Assembly: GCA_964355175.1 (NCBI GenBank)
Contig: CAYHBZ010000001.1
Coordinates: forward strand, 174,335-238,334
DNA: 64,000 bases
Direction: 5' to 3'
Origin: an uncultured Gammaproteobacteria bacterium
GTDB taxonomy: Bacteria; Patescibacteriota; Patescibacteriia; Magasanikbacterales; GWA2-37-8
Shown: positions 47,047 to 57,048 of the stretch, piece after piece
Position numbering within the stretch: position 1 is the stretch's first letter
Layout of the letters: the number at the start of each line of letters is the position of its first letter
Notes under the pieces: model-generated
Database searches by the model: none
What the model was told of the DNA's origin: nothing
Seen by the model: only the letters and a program-made list of their open reading frames with translations
Made by a program: the position numbers and the translations under genes

Positions 47047-47400
47047 CTAGATATTGAGACCCACTGCTAGATAAAAAGCCAAACTCAAAAACATGCTCAA
47101 AAAAGCCGCTATAAAGGTAAGAAACCTCCCCAAGATCTTGTCCTGGCCATATATCCACCAGGATAGTCCAAAATTCACCACAAAGATCGCCAAGCCACTC
47201 AGAGGGATATAAAAGACCTTCCACCACTCCCCAATCAAATCTACGCCAAAAACCACGTTGTAATGCAAAAATACGGCATCGGTGGTGGCTCGGACATAGA
47301 TTGCCCCATAAACCATCATTAAAGCCTCAAAAAACAGCACTCCAGCGGCTGGAACCCATATCCACTTATCTTTCCAATAAACCTTAGGGGAATAGAACAT
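47047..47400 (-). CDS. Hypothetical small membrane protein
   Basis: 117-aa hydrophobic ORF directly upstream of, and co-oriented with, the SEDS gene; no family recognised. Confidence 0.35.
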   Translation of the reverse strand: MFYSPKVYWKDKWIWVPAAGVLFFEALMMVYGAIYVRATTDAVFLHYNVVFGVDLIGEWWKVFYIPLSGLAIFVVNFGLSWWIYGQDKILGRFLTFIAAFLSMFLSLAFYLAVGLNI

Positions 47401-47504
47401 AAAACAGCCTTATTTTACCACCTTTTTGCCACTCTTGACAAGTTGATAAAAATACCCTATAATAACCCCACTTTTGTTCGTAATACCTTTTAAATTTTCA
47501 CAAT

Positions 47505-47780
47505 ATGTCACATAAGAAAGCCGGTGGCTCAACCCACCTAGGCCGAGACTCTATAGCAAAACGTCTCGGTGTCAAAGTTCATGACGGCCAAGCTATCAAA
47601 GCCGGTATGATCATTGTCAAACAGCGCGGTACCAAAATCCACGCTGGTAAAAATGTTTTACGCGGCGGAGACGATACCTTGTTCGCTCATGTAGCTGGCA
47701 AAGTAAAATTCGCTACTCGTAAACGCCGTCGCTTTGACGGAGCTCTGAAAGCCACTCAGTTTGTGAGTGTAAATGTCTAA
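47505..47780 (+). CDS. rpmA: 50S ribosomal protein L27
   Basis: [24 protein letters not shown]... canonical L27. Confidence 0.95.
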   Translation: MSHKKAGGSTHLGRDSIAKRLGVKVHDGQAIKAGMIIVKQRGTKIHAGKNVLRGGDDTLFAHVAGKVKFATRKRRRFDGALKATQFVSVNV

Positions 47781-47784
47781 CAAA

Positions 47785-47822
47785 AAACAAATCCCTCGAT
47801 TAAGTCGAGGGATTTTTTGTTG
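47785..47822 (+). terminator. Rho-independent terminator (ATCCCTCGA-ttaag-TCGAGGGAT, then TTTTTTG)
   Basis: 9-bp stem plus T-run immediately after the rpmA stop. The stem sequence is nearly identical to the 9800-9821 terminator next to rplU. Confidence 0.8.
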
Positions 47823-47898
47823 TCATCCCATACATTGTCATCCTGAGTGAAACGAAGGATCCCTACCATTGTCATCCCGAACAAAGTGAGGGATCTTT
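47819..47898. repeat. Tandem array of ~2.5 REP-like units (ATTGTCATCC-N-GAGTGAAACGAAGGATCCC / ATTGTCATCCCGAACAAAGTGAGGGATC)
   Basis: Direct repeats of a ~30-nt unit, each with a small inverted repeat (ATCC..GGAT). Unit 2 (47833-47863) is nearly identical to the reverse complement of 12297-12326. Confidence 0.6.
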
Positions 47899-47906
47899 CA
47901 CTCTAC

Positions 47907-50900
47907 TCAAAATGACTGTGAAAACCATCCTGGCGGACTCCAATAAGTATTAACGTTGATAAAATTACGGGTATCCATATTAGTCAGATTTAATTGTGGA
48001 AATGGATTAGCCGATCCGGCCATAATACCTTCGGTAAGATTGTAGAAGAAACTATTATCCACTGACAGTGCCCCGGTATTCACCTGGACTCCTTTTATAG
48101 TTGGGAAAAAAGTATTTTTAGAAGTATAACCAAGCGAAGTATTATTTAAATTAACTGTAGAACTATTTATTTGAATTATTTCTACCGGCAAACGATTGTC
48201 TATTAGCTGGCAATTTTCCAAAGTAACCTGCGAATTATTATTGACAGAAATTACACCCTTGTAACTATCTCCGGGAGAATTATAACCACCACCGGAAAAA
48301 TTGACTGAATTTAAATTTCCTACACCACCATCAAAAACTAAATGACCCCAATATTTATTTAAACCTGTCGGGCCTACAAATTTTATAGGCTCATCAACCG
48401 TGCCGTTTAAAGTGAGAGTACCTTTGATGAAAATATTAGAAAATTGTGGCAGATAAAAAGATGCCCCTTTGTCCGCTGCCAAACTACCTCCGGCTTCAAT
48501 AGTAACATTTTCCAAATTAATAGGGATACTAGTTCCCACAACGACTGAAGAAGTGATAGTCGCCATGGCGATATTTACCGCACCATTGGCACTATTGGAA
48601 AAACTAATAACATCAAGAAGGCGTGGCCAAATATTTTTAACGTAAATAGCGCCGGTAGGGTTAGAAAAATTATCTACTGTAATATTTTCTAAACTTAATT
48701 GTCCGCCGTAATGCTCGATAGCGGTAATGCCATTTTTAAAATTAGTACTATTAATAGAAGATTTGGAATTAATTTCATAAATAATTGTATCGCCGTCATC
48801 AACAAAATCTGAGCCACTAATATTTAAGCTAGCGCTATCGGCATATATTGCTTCAGAAACAGGCAGCTGTGATGAATTAAGATTCGGGGCGCGGAATTTG
48901 GCTCCGGCGTAACTCATTTCCAAACCCTTTAAATCCCCTTTTGATCCGGGATAAAACATCAATCCTTGCCAGGACTTGGACAATTTATTATCTGACGTCA
49001 TGATAACTTTTTGAGAGGGCGAACCAGAGGTATTTAAAGTGCCTTTGATCTCAATTTTTGAATTAGGATAATAGGCTTTTACAACAGCACCTTCTTCTAT
49101 GCTAAGAATTTTGCCGGCCGGCACTTCATAGTAAGTTAAGATATATGGATAATCACTCTTTTTCAGAGTGCGCTCGACATCTACCTGAGTCGCGCGTAAC
49201 ACAATTGATCCAAAATTAGATTGTTTTGGTGAACCATTTAAGGGTAAAGCATCGCCACCACCATCTACCTTACCGGCGAGGCGCGGACCCTGGTTGGTTT
49301 GCCAATTATTTGAAAGATTGCCAGATAAAGTAGAGTTAATCTTTTCCATGGATGAATATGTTGTCGCCGATCCGGCAAACCATCCGGCTGAAGAATTTAA
49401 TTCATCCACCAAATTATTTTGACTATCAAATAATTCCAGACGCGTTCCACTATTGGACAAACTGCCAGAATAAATAAGGTCGCCGTCAATTTCATTGACC
49501 GTACGATTATCAGGATTTTCCAGCAGGTAATAACCGTGCGCCGGTATGGTGGAATTATTTATTTTATTTATATTTATTTCTTGACCGGCAATTTTTAGTT
49601 TCCATCTTTTCTGAATGTTGGTAGTGGAAAATAATTCTATATCTTGATTAGTATTGTTATAAAGCTCAATATACTCATCTTCAGAAGTGAATTGTGAGGT
49701 GCCAGCCCAAGCGACTTCATTTATGACAACGTCAGGAACTACGACAGGCGCAGTTTCAACAGTGGAAGTGACAACTGTGGTAGTGTTGGATACAGTGGTA
49801 GTGACTACTTCGGTAGTGGAGGTGACAACAGTAGAGGTGGTAGAAGTAGTAAATGAATCTAAATTTTCTATCTGGTCTGGAATAGTGGATGTGCTGAAAA
49901 TAGTAGACGTAGTATCAATTTCAGGTTCGGTTGAAGTTGTGGAAGTTGGAGATATTATTAAATCTGATGGATCTGGAGTAGTCGAGGTTGAAGTGGTGGT
50001 AGAAGTGGTGGTATCTGGAACATCAGAATTCGTCGATGTGGTTGAGGTGTCACTAGAGGATGATTCACTGGTTGTGGTAGGAGCAGAGACATTACTGTCT
50101 TCGGTAGAGGTAGTGCTGACAGGAATAGTGACAGTAGGAAAAGCACTAGAAGTATTTTCTGAATTAGATAAATTTGTATTAACCACAGGGCTGGCCGAAC
50201 CACCACCTCCGCCACTTGTTGCTGGGAAGTTCGAGGTAGCACGAGGAGTAGTAATTATTTCATTGGTTGTTATAGGTCTGTCATTTGGCAATTCTGGCAC
50301 GAAACTGACAGGATTAGATTGGTCTGAATTTTTCAGTGTAGATGGGGTTTGGGAAGCAACATTCTGAGATATTGGAATTTTTTTATTTATACTCTTGCCG
50401 ATATTTTCTATCTTACTCACTATAGCATCGGTGGTTTTATTTAATGACTGCGTTACAGTTTGAGTCAGCACTCCACTGCTGGTATCGGCTTGAGACGCAT
50501 TACCTTTATAAATATTCTCAGCGACATTAATTACGGCACCACCGAGACTATTTACCAGACCACCAAGATTACTTCTAAAAAAAGGCAGTTTTTCTGTTTG
50601 ATTTTTCTGAGTTTCGTCGAGGAATAATTTTATGGTACCGGCGCTGTAGGCGACTGCTTTGGGGAGGAGGTGGTGAGCATAGTCGGACAACACAAGGTCC
50701 TCATTCAATATTTTATGATTACTTTTTTTCCAATCAGATCCGTCCGTTGCATAAAGACTAAAAAATTCTTGATCTATCTTACTCTGAATTAAAAACATCT
50801 TATCATATTTTGTTTTTATTTCTAACACCTTATCTACGCTGTTAATTTTATAATTTTTATCTTCAATAGTATCATCACTATAAAAATTATTATTAGAATA

Positions 50901-51503
50901 ATTAGCAGCTCCATCAAATATATTCTCTAATTTATCTTTATAAATTGGCTGAACATTTATATCCTTACTTATGGCATTCCAATTATTTTTAACATATTCT
51001 TCATATGAATCTGGCTTGGGCGCGTGAATATCATCACGAGTATGTGCTGGCACCAGTGCATCAGAAACCAAATGAATATTGTGGCCTAGCTTCTTAAATG
51101 CAGACTCCTGATCGCCGCTGCGATAATCGCTTATGGCTCTCTGCCAACTATTATCACCTTTGGAATAACTTTTTTGCTCTACCGGATCCTTGGCCCACAC
51201 TTTTGAACTTTCATGCTGAGTTATAAACCATAAACCGCGATTATATATAGGATCATAAAAATGATTAAGCCACCTAGTGGGGTTATCTTCTTCTACTGCC
51301 CCTTGTTTAATCCACTCATACTGCTCAACGGTAATTTTTTTGCTATTATTTTTATTATAAACTTTGACCGCCAGACCAGCTATTCCGGGATGGGCAATAT
51401 TGGTATCATAACAAAAAACCTGGTCAACAAAAACCAAGTTTAAAACAGCTCCTAAAGTAAATAGAAAAACAAAAAACAAAATTTTGCCCCCTCCCTTTTC
51501 CAT
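47907..51503 (-). CDS. Giant secreted protein: zinc-dependent phospholipase-C-like domain, Ser/Thr-rich linker, lamin-tail domain and C-terminal beta-helix-like repeats
   Basis: Signal peptide. NHFYDP and HLVSDALVPAHTRD match the Zn-PLC / S1-P1 nuclease signatures (HFYDP; HYxxDxxxPxH). Long T/S-rich tract (TTSTTTSTSTTPDPS...). LTD core VVINEVAWAGTSQFTSEDEYIELYNNT. C-terminal G/N-rich repeats. Confidence 0.7.
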   Translation of the reverse strand: MEKGGGKILFFVFLFTLGAVLNLVFVDQVFCYDTNIAHPGIAGLAVKVYNKNNSKKITVEQYEWIKQGAVEEDNPTRWLNHFYDPIYNRGLWFITQHESSKVWAKDPVEQKSYSKGDNSWQRAISDYRSGDQESAFKKLGHNIHLVSDALVPAHTRDDIHAPKPDSYEEYVKNNWNAISKDINVQPIYKDKLENIFDGAANYSNNNFYSDDTIEDKNYKINSVDKVLEIKTKYDKMFLIQSKIDQEFFSLYATDGSDWKKSNHKILNEDLVLSDYAHHLLPKAVAYSAGTIKLFLDETQKNQTEKLPFFRSNLGGLVNSLGGAVINVAENIYKGNASQADTSSGVLTQTVTQSLNKTTDAIVSKIENIGKSINKKIPISQNVASQTPSTLKNSDQSNPVSFVPELPNDRPITTNEIITTPRATSNFPATSGGGGGSASPVVNTNLSNSENTSSAFPTVTIPVSTTSTEDSNVSAPTTTSESSSSDTSTTSTNSDVPDTTTSTTTSTSTTPDPSDLIISPTSTTSTEPEIDTTSTIFSTSTIPDQIENLDSFTTSTTSTVVTSTTEVVTTTVSNTTTVVTSTVETAPVVVPDVVINEVAWAGTSQFTSEDEYIELYNNTNQDIELFSTTNIQKRWKLKIAGQEININKINNSTIPAHGYYLLENPDNRTVNEIDGDLIYSGSLSNSGTRLELFDSQNNLVDELNSSAGWFAGSATTYSSMEKINSTLSGNLSNNWQTNQGPRLAGKVDGGGDALPLNGSPKQSNFGSIVLRATQVDVERTLKKSDYPYILTYYEVPAGKILSIEEGAVVKAYYPNSKIEIKGTLNTSGSPSQKVIMTSDNKLSKSWQGLMFYPGSKGDLKGLEMSYAGAKFRAPNLNSSQLPVSEAIYADSASLNISGSDFVDDGDTIIYEINSKSSINSTNFKNGITAIEHYGGQLSLENITVDNFSNPTGAIYVKNIWPRLLDVISFSNSANGAVNIAMATITSSVVVGTSIPINLENVTIEAGGSLAADKGASFYLPQFSNIFIKGTLTLNGTVDEPIKFVGPTGLNKYWGHLVFDGGVGNLNSVNFSGGGYNSPGDSYKGVISVNNNSQVTLENCQLIDNRLPVEIIQINSSTVNLNNTSLGYTSKNTFFPTIKGVQVNTGALSVDNSFFYNLTEGIMAGSANPFPQLNLTNMDTRNFINVNTYWSPPGWFSQSF

Positions 51504-51514
51504 ACTAATAAATT

Positions 51515-52015
51515 TTATAATGACTCAATATACCAATATCCATTACTAGTTTTAATAAATGTCATAAAATTTGCCACCTTTTCACCTTTATATGTGCCGC
51601 TATAGATATAGGTGGCTGTCATATTACCCATAACATCTTTGCGCATATCCTTTATATCACTCATCATCAAATTCAATTGCCCTTTTGTTTTTAAACCCAT
51701 CAAAAATTCTTTCATCGAAGCTCTATCCCCTTCCCTAAAACAACAATTCACCGCTTCATCAAAATTTTCTTCTTTTAAAGCAATCAGAAATTTGCGATGT
51801 GTCTCTTCCGGAGACTGTACAGTAGGGGCGGTGTTTTCAGCATCGTGCGGGTACAGCTTTTCCAATTCATTATCACTATAATCGCTATATGGAAAATCCG
51901 GACGAGCCGTACCATTCAGAACTCTTTTCTGTTTTTGCAAAAACCAATTATAAGAAATAAATATTACCACAACTCCCAAAACTAATATTACAAACCATAG
52001 AAAAACCTTTTTCAT
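51515..52015 (-). CDS. Hypothetical membrane-anchored protein
   Basis: N-terminal TM (VFLWFVILVLGVVVIFISYNWF), then a soluble domain; no family recognised. Confidence 0.4.
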   Translation of the reverse strand: MKKVFLWFVILVLGVVVIFISYNWFLQKQKRVLNGTARPDFPYSDYSDNELEKLYPHDAENTAPTVQSPEETHRKFLIALKEENFDEAVNCCFREGDRASMKEFLMGLKTKGQLNLMMSDIKDMRKDVMGNMTATYIYSGTYKGEKVANFMTFIKTSNGYWYIESL

Positions 52016-52241
52016 ACTACCCTGTAAAAAATTAAGGTCCTATATCCCGCCGAAAAATATCGGCGGGATAAGGACGCGATGACAGGTGGCTAGCGTGCTA
52101 GCCTAAAAGCTTCCAAAAAAAATTCGACAAGAGGTTACTCGTTGCCGAAATCTTTTTGGGTCCCCCTCCCCTATTCATTGCACATTTATTATAGCACATT
52201 TTTTGAGAGGCTCCCCTTTTATCCCCTGTGGATAACTTTTT
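52016..52241 (-). promoter_or_regulatory. Structured 5' leader region: extended -10 promoter (TGcTATAAT on minus strand, complement of 52188-52196), attenuator-like hairpin plus U-run (52112-52158), then two GC-rich hairpins before the start codon at 52015
   Basis: Minus-strand TGCTATAAT. Hairpin AATTCGACAAG...CGTTGCCGAAAT is flanked by A8 and T5 (bidirectional terminator geometry). Perfect hairpins ATCCCGCCGA-aaaat-TCGGCGGGAT (52046-52072) and GGCTAGC-gt-GCTAGCC (52091-52106). G-rich GGGGAGGGGGACCC. A plus-strand hairpin plus T7 at 52211-52241 abuts the upstream gene's stop. Confidence 0.45.
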
Positions 52242-53159
52242 TTATTCAATGTTCCAGGCATCTTTGAGCTGTCTAATACCATCTTCCAATTTTATAGTCG
52301 GTTGCCATCCAAGCAATTCTTTTGCTTTGATAATATCAGCTTCAAAGTAGCGCCCATCACCCGCTCGTGGGGGCACAAACACACTTTCCCCACCAATTAA
52401 TTTTACCAGATCATTTACCGAATGAGGATTGTTGTTACCAATATTTATGGTCTCACCATGGCCAACTTTATCTCCCTGCATGGCCAAAATATTAGCCCTA
52501 ACCACATCGCTGACATGCGTATAATCGCGATAATATTCACCATCACCACACACGGTCATTGGTTCGTTATTCTTTTTTTGTTTTAAAAATTTACCTACGA
52601 CCAAAGCATAAGCGCCATCTGGATCAAAATATGGTCCGTACACATTAAAATAAATCAAGCTCACGGTTTGTAATCCAAATAATTCGGAAAAAATACGACA
52701 ATAATGTTCGCCAATAAACTTATGTAAAGCGTACGGACTGATAGGGTTTTTTATCACTTCATCTTCCTTGAAAGCTTCGTGTTTTTCCTGAGAACCATAA
52801 GTAGAAGAAGACGAAGAAAAAACTATACGCTTTACTTTATTTCTCACGGCTGCCATTAATACCTGTAAAGTACCGTTAACATTTACATCGTGAGTAAGCT
52901 CCGGATTCTCTACTGAAAAACTCACACGCGGTAAAGCGGCCATATGAAAAATACCTTCGACACCAATACAAGCTTTATCCAAATCAGCCGCATTACGAAT
53001 ATCTCCTTCAATATATTGAGCTCCAGATTGGATTCTTTCTTCTTTTTTACCGCCAGCATAATTATCCAGCACGACCACCTCATGACCTTCGTTCAAAAGT
53101 TGCTTGGTCAAGTTGGTACCAATAAATCCCGCGCCTCCGGTAATTAAATATTTTGACAT
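52242..53159 (-). CDS. NAD-dependent epimerase/dehydratase (UDP-hexose/UDP-HexNAc(A) 4-epimerase-like)
   Basis: ITGGAGFIGTNL, catalytic S...YxxxK (SPYALHK), extended SDR length. Confidence 0.8.
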   Translation of the reverse strand: MSKYLITGGAGFIGTNLTKQLLNEGHEVVVLDNYAGGKKEERIQSGAQYIEGDIRNAADLDKACIGVEGIFHMAALPRVSFSVENPELTHDVNVNGTLQVLMAAVRNKVKRIVFSSSSSTYGSQEKHEAFKEDEVIKNPISPYALHKFIGEHYCRIFSELFGLQTVSLIYFNVYGPYFDPDGAYALVVGKFLKQKKNNEPMTVCGDGEYYRDYTHVSDVVRANILAMQGDKVGHGETINIGNNNPHSVNDLVKLIGGESVFVPPRAGDGRYFEADIIKAKELLGWQPTIKLEDGIRQLKDAWNIE

Positions 53160-53163
53160 ACTA

Positions 53164-54462
53164 TTATAGAGTCCAATAGTTAAATCCTTGTGAAATTATT
53201 TCACCTTTGTTTAAAATATTTTTAATGTCCACCACCAAACCGCCTGGCTTCAAAAAATTATTTATATCTTTTAAATCATCCTTAAAATTATCGTGTGCTA
53301 CTACAACAAATAAAATATCCGCCAACCCCAAATCTTCTTTTTTACTTAATTTTAAATTATATTCATGTTGCACTTCATCTTCATAAGCCAAGGGGTCGTA
53401 TACCTGTACTTGCGCGCCTCTATTTTTTAATTCTTTTAAAATATCTACGGCTTTGGAATTTCTGGAATCCGGCACATTTTCTTTAAAGGTGATTCCAAAT
53501 AACGAAACCTGCAGACTATTTAATGTTTTATTTTCTTTATTCAATTTTCTTTCCACTTCATCTACTACAAATTTTGCCATACTGTCATTAATTTGTCTAC
53601 CGGATAAAATTACCTTTGAATCATAGCCGATCTGTTGAGCTTTGTATGTAAGATAATATGGATCCACTCCAATACAATGTCCGCCTACCAACCCAGGAGT
53701 AAATTTTAAAAAATTCCATTTAGTGCCAGCGGCTTCTAACACATCGTAGGTGCTGATATCCAACTTGCTGAAAATAACGGCCAATTCATTCATTAAAGCG
53801 ATATTTACATCGCGCTGAGTATTTTCAATCACTTTGGCGGCTTCCGCCACTTTTATGGATTTCGCTTTAAAAACCTGCGTTATGGATGAATAAACACCAG
53901 CTACCACTTCCAAAGCCGCTTCGTCAGAAGCGGAAACTATTTTTACCACTCGATTTATAGTATGTTCCTTATCACCCGGATTAATTCTTTCGGGGGAATA
54001 GGCTAATTTGAAGTCATCTCCAAATTTCAAACCAGATTCTTTTTCTAAAATAGGCAGACAGATATCCTCAGTAACTCCCGGATATACGGTAGATTCATAA
54101 GCCACAATACTGTCTTTGGCTAAATTTTTACCTACCATTTCTGTAGCCTTTTCAATCAAAAACAGATCCGGCAAATTATTGGCATCAACCGGGGTCGGAA
54201 CAGCAACAATAATAAATTTACAATCTTTAATATCTTGTGGTTCAAAAGTATACCTCAAAGAAGAACTCAATAATTTTTCTTTTTCCACTTCTTTGGTGCG
54301 ATCAAAACCGCTTTTCAATTCCTCGATTCTATCCTTTTTGATATCAAAACCCAAAACAAAAAAATGTTTGGCCAGCTCTACCGCTAAGGGCAATCCCACA
54401 TAGCCTAAACCAACTACACAGATTTTTTCTTGTTTATTTTTTAAAGACTCGATAGATACCAT
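53164..54462 (-). CDS. Nucleotide-sugar dehydrogenase of the UDP-GlcNAc/UDP-ManNAc 6-dehydrogenase type (TviB/WbpA/WecC-like)
   Basis: CVVGLGYVGLPLA N-terminus, SPERINPGD motif, catalytic GGHCIGVDP. Confidence 0.75.
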   Translation of the reverse strand: MVSIESLKNKQEKICVVGLGYVGLPLAVELAKHFFVLGFDIKKDRIEELKSGFDRTKEVEKEKLLSSSLRYTFEPQDIKDCKFIIVAVPTPVDANNLPDLFLIEKATEMVGKNLAKDSIVAYESTVYPGVTEDICLPILEKESGLKFGDDFKLAYSPERINPGDKEHTINRVVKIVSASDEAALEVVAGVYSSITQVFKAKSIKVAEAAKVIENTQRDVNIALMNELAVIFSKLDISTYDVLEAAGTKWNFLKFTPGLVGGHCIGVDPYYLTYKAQQIGYDSKVILSGRQINDSMAKFVVDEVERKLNKENKTLNSLQVSLFGITFKENVPDSRNSKAVDILKELKNRGAQVQVYDPLAYEDEVQHEYNLKLSKKEDLGLADILFVVVAHDNFKDDLKDINNFLKPGGLVVDIKNILNKGEIISQGFNYWTL

Positions 54463-54463
54463 A

Positions 54464-55852
54464 TTATTTATTACCTTTCATAAAAGGACTACCCACAGCA
54501 ATAATATTAAAACCGTTTTTCTGTAAATCTTCATAGCGATGCTGTAACATGCGGCGACCGTCCATTATTAATGGCTTGTTCTTTTTTTCTGATATTAACA
54601 TATCGGCCAATCCGCGAAACTGCGGCCAATCGGTAGCAATTATTACCACATCCACACCTGTAGTGGCTTCAAATTCATGACTAAAATATTTTATAATACC
54701 TTTTTCTGGAAAATCGTGTTTAAAATTAGCACTGGCCGAAGGATCATATAGACGCACTTCATTCACAGATTTTTCCAATAAAAACTTAACTATCTCGATA
54801 CTTGGTGAATTACGAGTATCGTTGGTATCGCGCTTAAAAGCCAACCCCAAAATAGCTACTTTTTTACCAGCCCAGTCAAATTGAGAATCTTTTTCGGCTC
54901 TGGCTAAAAATAACTCCAACTGACGTTTATTGGATAAATAAGTTTCATCCACCATGGCGGCATTTACTCCGGAAGTTTGCAATTGATGAGAAAGAGAACG
55001 GGCGTCTTTTATAAAACAACTGCCGCCGGAATACAAACTATTATAAAATCCCCACTCTCCAATACGATTATCAGTAGTCAAAATTTTTCTAATATTTTCA
55101 AACTTTAAATCACTAAAAGTTTCACAGGTACGGCCAATCACATCAAAACAAACTGTCAATTTATTAAATAAGTAAAAATTGGCCAATAATTTTCCAGCCG
55201 CGGCCTCTTTGGGATTTACTTCAATATACTGAACGGTCGGCGCATCATAGAAACGCTGATAGATCTGACGCATTATTGCAAACTCTTTGGCTTCCCACGC
55301 TCCTACTACCACTCTGTCCGGACGCATCGAACCTTGAATCGCCTTGCCCTCTACCAAAAATTCAGGATTGGAGACTACTCCATAGTTCTCTACTCCTTCT
55401 TTGTCCATAATTTGCTTGGTTCTGTCTACCATATCTATAGGCACAGTGCTCTTATTTACAATCACGATATAATTTTTTTGACTGCCTTCATTTCTTTTAA
55501 CCAATATTTGAGCCAAATCTTTGGCGGCGTTAAAATAATAACTTAGATCGCTCTCACCGGTTTCACCAATTTCCGGCGTTGGCAAGCACATAAATACGGC
55601 TTGCGCCTGCTCTAAAAACTCTTCCATTTTGGCTTTATCTGTGGTAAAATTGATTCGTTGTTTGTTACGAATTAAAAGATCGCCTAACCCTTCTTCAAAG
55701 AGGCAGGACTCGATAGTTTCGCGGTCTTCAGAACCGATCATTTTTATTCTACTAACATCAATATCATACACTAACACATCATGTCCACTAGCAGCAGAAA
55801 CCGCAGCTGAACATGCTCCCACAAAACCGGCACCAATATATAGAATCTTCAT
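54464..55852 (-). CDS. UDP-glucose 6-dehydrogenase family
   Basis: ILYIGAGFVG, NPEFLVEGKAI, catalytic GGSCFIKD; 462 aa. Confidence 0.8.
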   Translation of the reverse strand: MKILYIGAGFVGACSAAVSAASGHDVLVYDIDVSRIKMIGSEDRETIESCLFEEGLGDLLIRNKQRINFTTDKAKMEEFLEQAQAVFMCLPTPEIGETGESDLSYYFNAAKDLAQILVKRNEGSQKNYIVIVNKSTVPIDMVDRTKQIMDKEGVENYGVVSNPEFLVEGKAIQGSMRPDRVVVGAWEAKEFAIMRQIYQRFYDAPTVQYIEVNPKEAAAGKLLANFYLFNKLTVCFDVIGRTCETFSDLKFENIRKILTTDNRIGEWGFYNSLYSGGSCFIKDARSLSHQLQTSGVNAAMVDETYLSNKRQLELFLARAEKDSQFDWAGKKVAILGLAFKRDTNDTRNSPSIEIVKFLLEKSVNEVRLYDPSASANFKHDFPEKGIIKYFSHEFEATTGVDVVIIATDWPQFRGLADMLISEKKNKPLIMDGRRMLQHRYEDLQKNGFNIIAVGSPFMKGNK

Positions 55853-55921
55853 AACCTAATTATTTTTCTTAAAAGATACACTAATTATAGCGCCAAAATT
55901 GCCTCAAGTCAACCACCCATT

Positions 55922-57046
55922 ATGAACAAAAATATATTGATTATCGTAACCAAAGGAGATACCGGCGGCGCTCAACAGTCGGTGTTTAATCTCTCTAAAG
56001 GCCTAAAGGACAGCGGTCAAAGGGTAACAGTCGGCTTTGGCGAAGGTGATTTTTTAAAAAATAAACTACAGGCTGAAAATATTCCATTTCATCAGTTTGA
56101 ATATTTAAAAAGAACAAAAAACCCTTTCATTAACCTTCTCTTTATTTGGGAAATGAAAAAATACCTAGAAAAAAATCGATTTACTACCGTTCATTTTAAC
56201 AGCTCCAACGCCTTACTCGGCGCTATTGGCGCTAAACTAACAAAAGACAGACCAAAAACCGTCTTTACCTTTAGAGGCTTATCTTTGATAGATAAAAATT
56301 ATACTTCCAAATTTTTATACAAATCACTATTTTATCTATACTTTAAAATATTACTGAATTTCGTGGACAGCCAAATTTATGTAAGTAGAGAAAACCAAAA
56401 ATACTGCCAAAAAATTGGTCTAGCCAAGAACGATTCAACGATTTACAATGGCCTGCCGACTTTAAAATTTCTTACAAAGGAAACCGCCCGTCAATACCTT
56501 TCCAAAATTTCTGAGCAGGATTTATCCAGTGATTTTATTATCGGCTCAGTCGGACGTCTGGCCTATCAAAAAAATTATGAATTTTTGATTGAAGCTGCAC
56601 TAGAAATTATAAAAACCAATCCTGCTGTAAAAATAGTAATCATCGGCGAAGGTACGGAAAGAAAAAAATACAACGAATTGATTAAAAGTCTTGGCCTTGA
56701 AAATAAAATACTGCTAATTGGCGACCAACCTGATGCTTACCGATTTTTAAAGGCCTTTGACCTATTTGTTCTCACTTCTCGATACGAAGGCATGTCTATA
56801 ACCTTAATCGAAGCGATGCAAGCCGGTCTACCAATATTAACTACCGACGTAGGTGGGGCCAAAGAAATGTTAAATAACGAACAGATGATTTATGAGCTTG
56901 ATAATAAACCAGAATTTTTGGATAAATTAAATATTTTAACACTAAATCAACCGACGCGGGAGGCGGCTTCCTTACAGACTAAAACCGAATCACAAAAATT
57001 TTATATCAAAAATACTGTCGACTCTTATTTAAAAATATATCAATAA
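55922..57046 (+). CDS. GT4-family glycosyltransferase
   Basis: GT-B layout with the C-terminal SRYEGMSITLIEAMQAGLPILTTDVGG E-x7-E region. Confidence 0.85.
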   Translation: MNKNILIIVTKGDTGGAQQSVFNLSKGLKDSGQRVTVGFGEGDFLKNKLQAENIPFHQFEYLKRTKNPFINLLFIWEMKKYLEKNRFTTVHFNSSNALLGAIGAKLTKDRPKTVFTFRGLSLIDKNYTSKFLYKSLFYLYFKILLNFVDSQIYVSRENQKYCQKIGLAKNDSTIYNGLPTLKFLTKETARQYLSKISEQDLSSDFIIGSVGRLAYQKNYEFLIEAALEIIKTNPAVKIVIIGEGTERKKYNELIKSLGLENKILLIGDQPDAYRFLKAFDLFVLTSRYEGMSITLIEAMQAGLPILTTDVGGAKEMLNNEQMIYELDNKPEFLDKLNILTLNQPTREAASLQTKTESQKFYIKNTVDSYLKIYQ

Positions 57047-57048
57047 AT

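Noticed and set aside
49687-50367. 226-aa plus-strand ORF and the 94-aa ORF 49958..50242
   Set aside because: Antisense to the Thr/Ser-rich linker of the giant LTD protein; low-complexity mirror translation.
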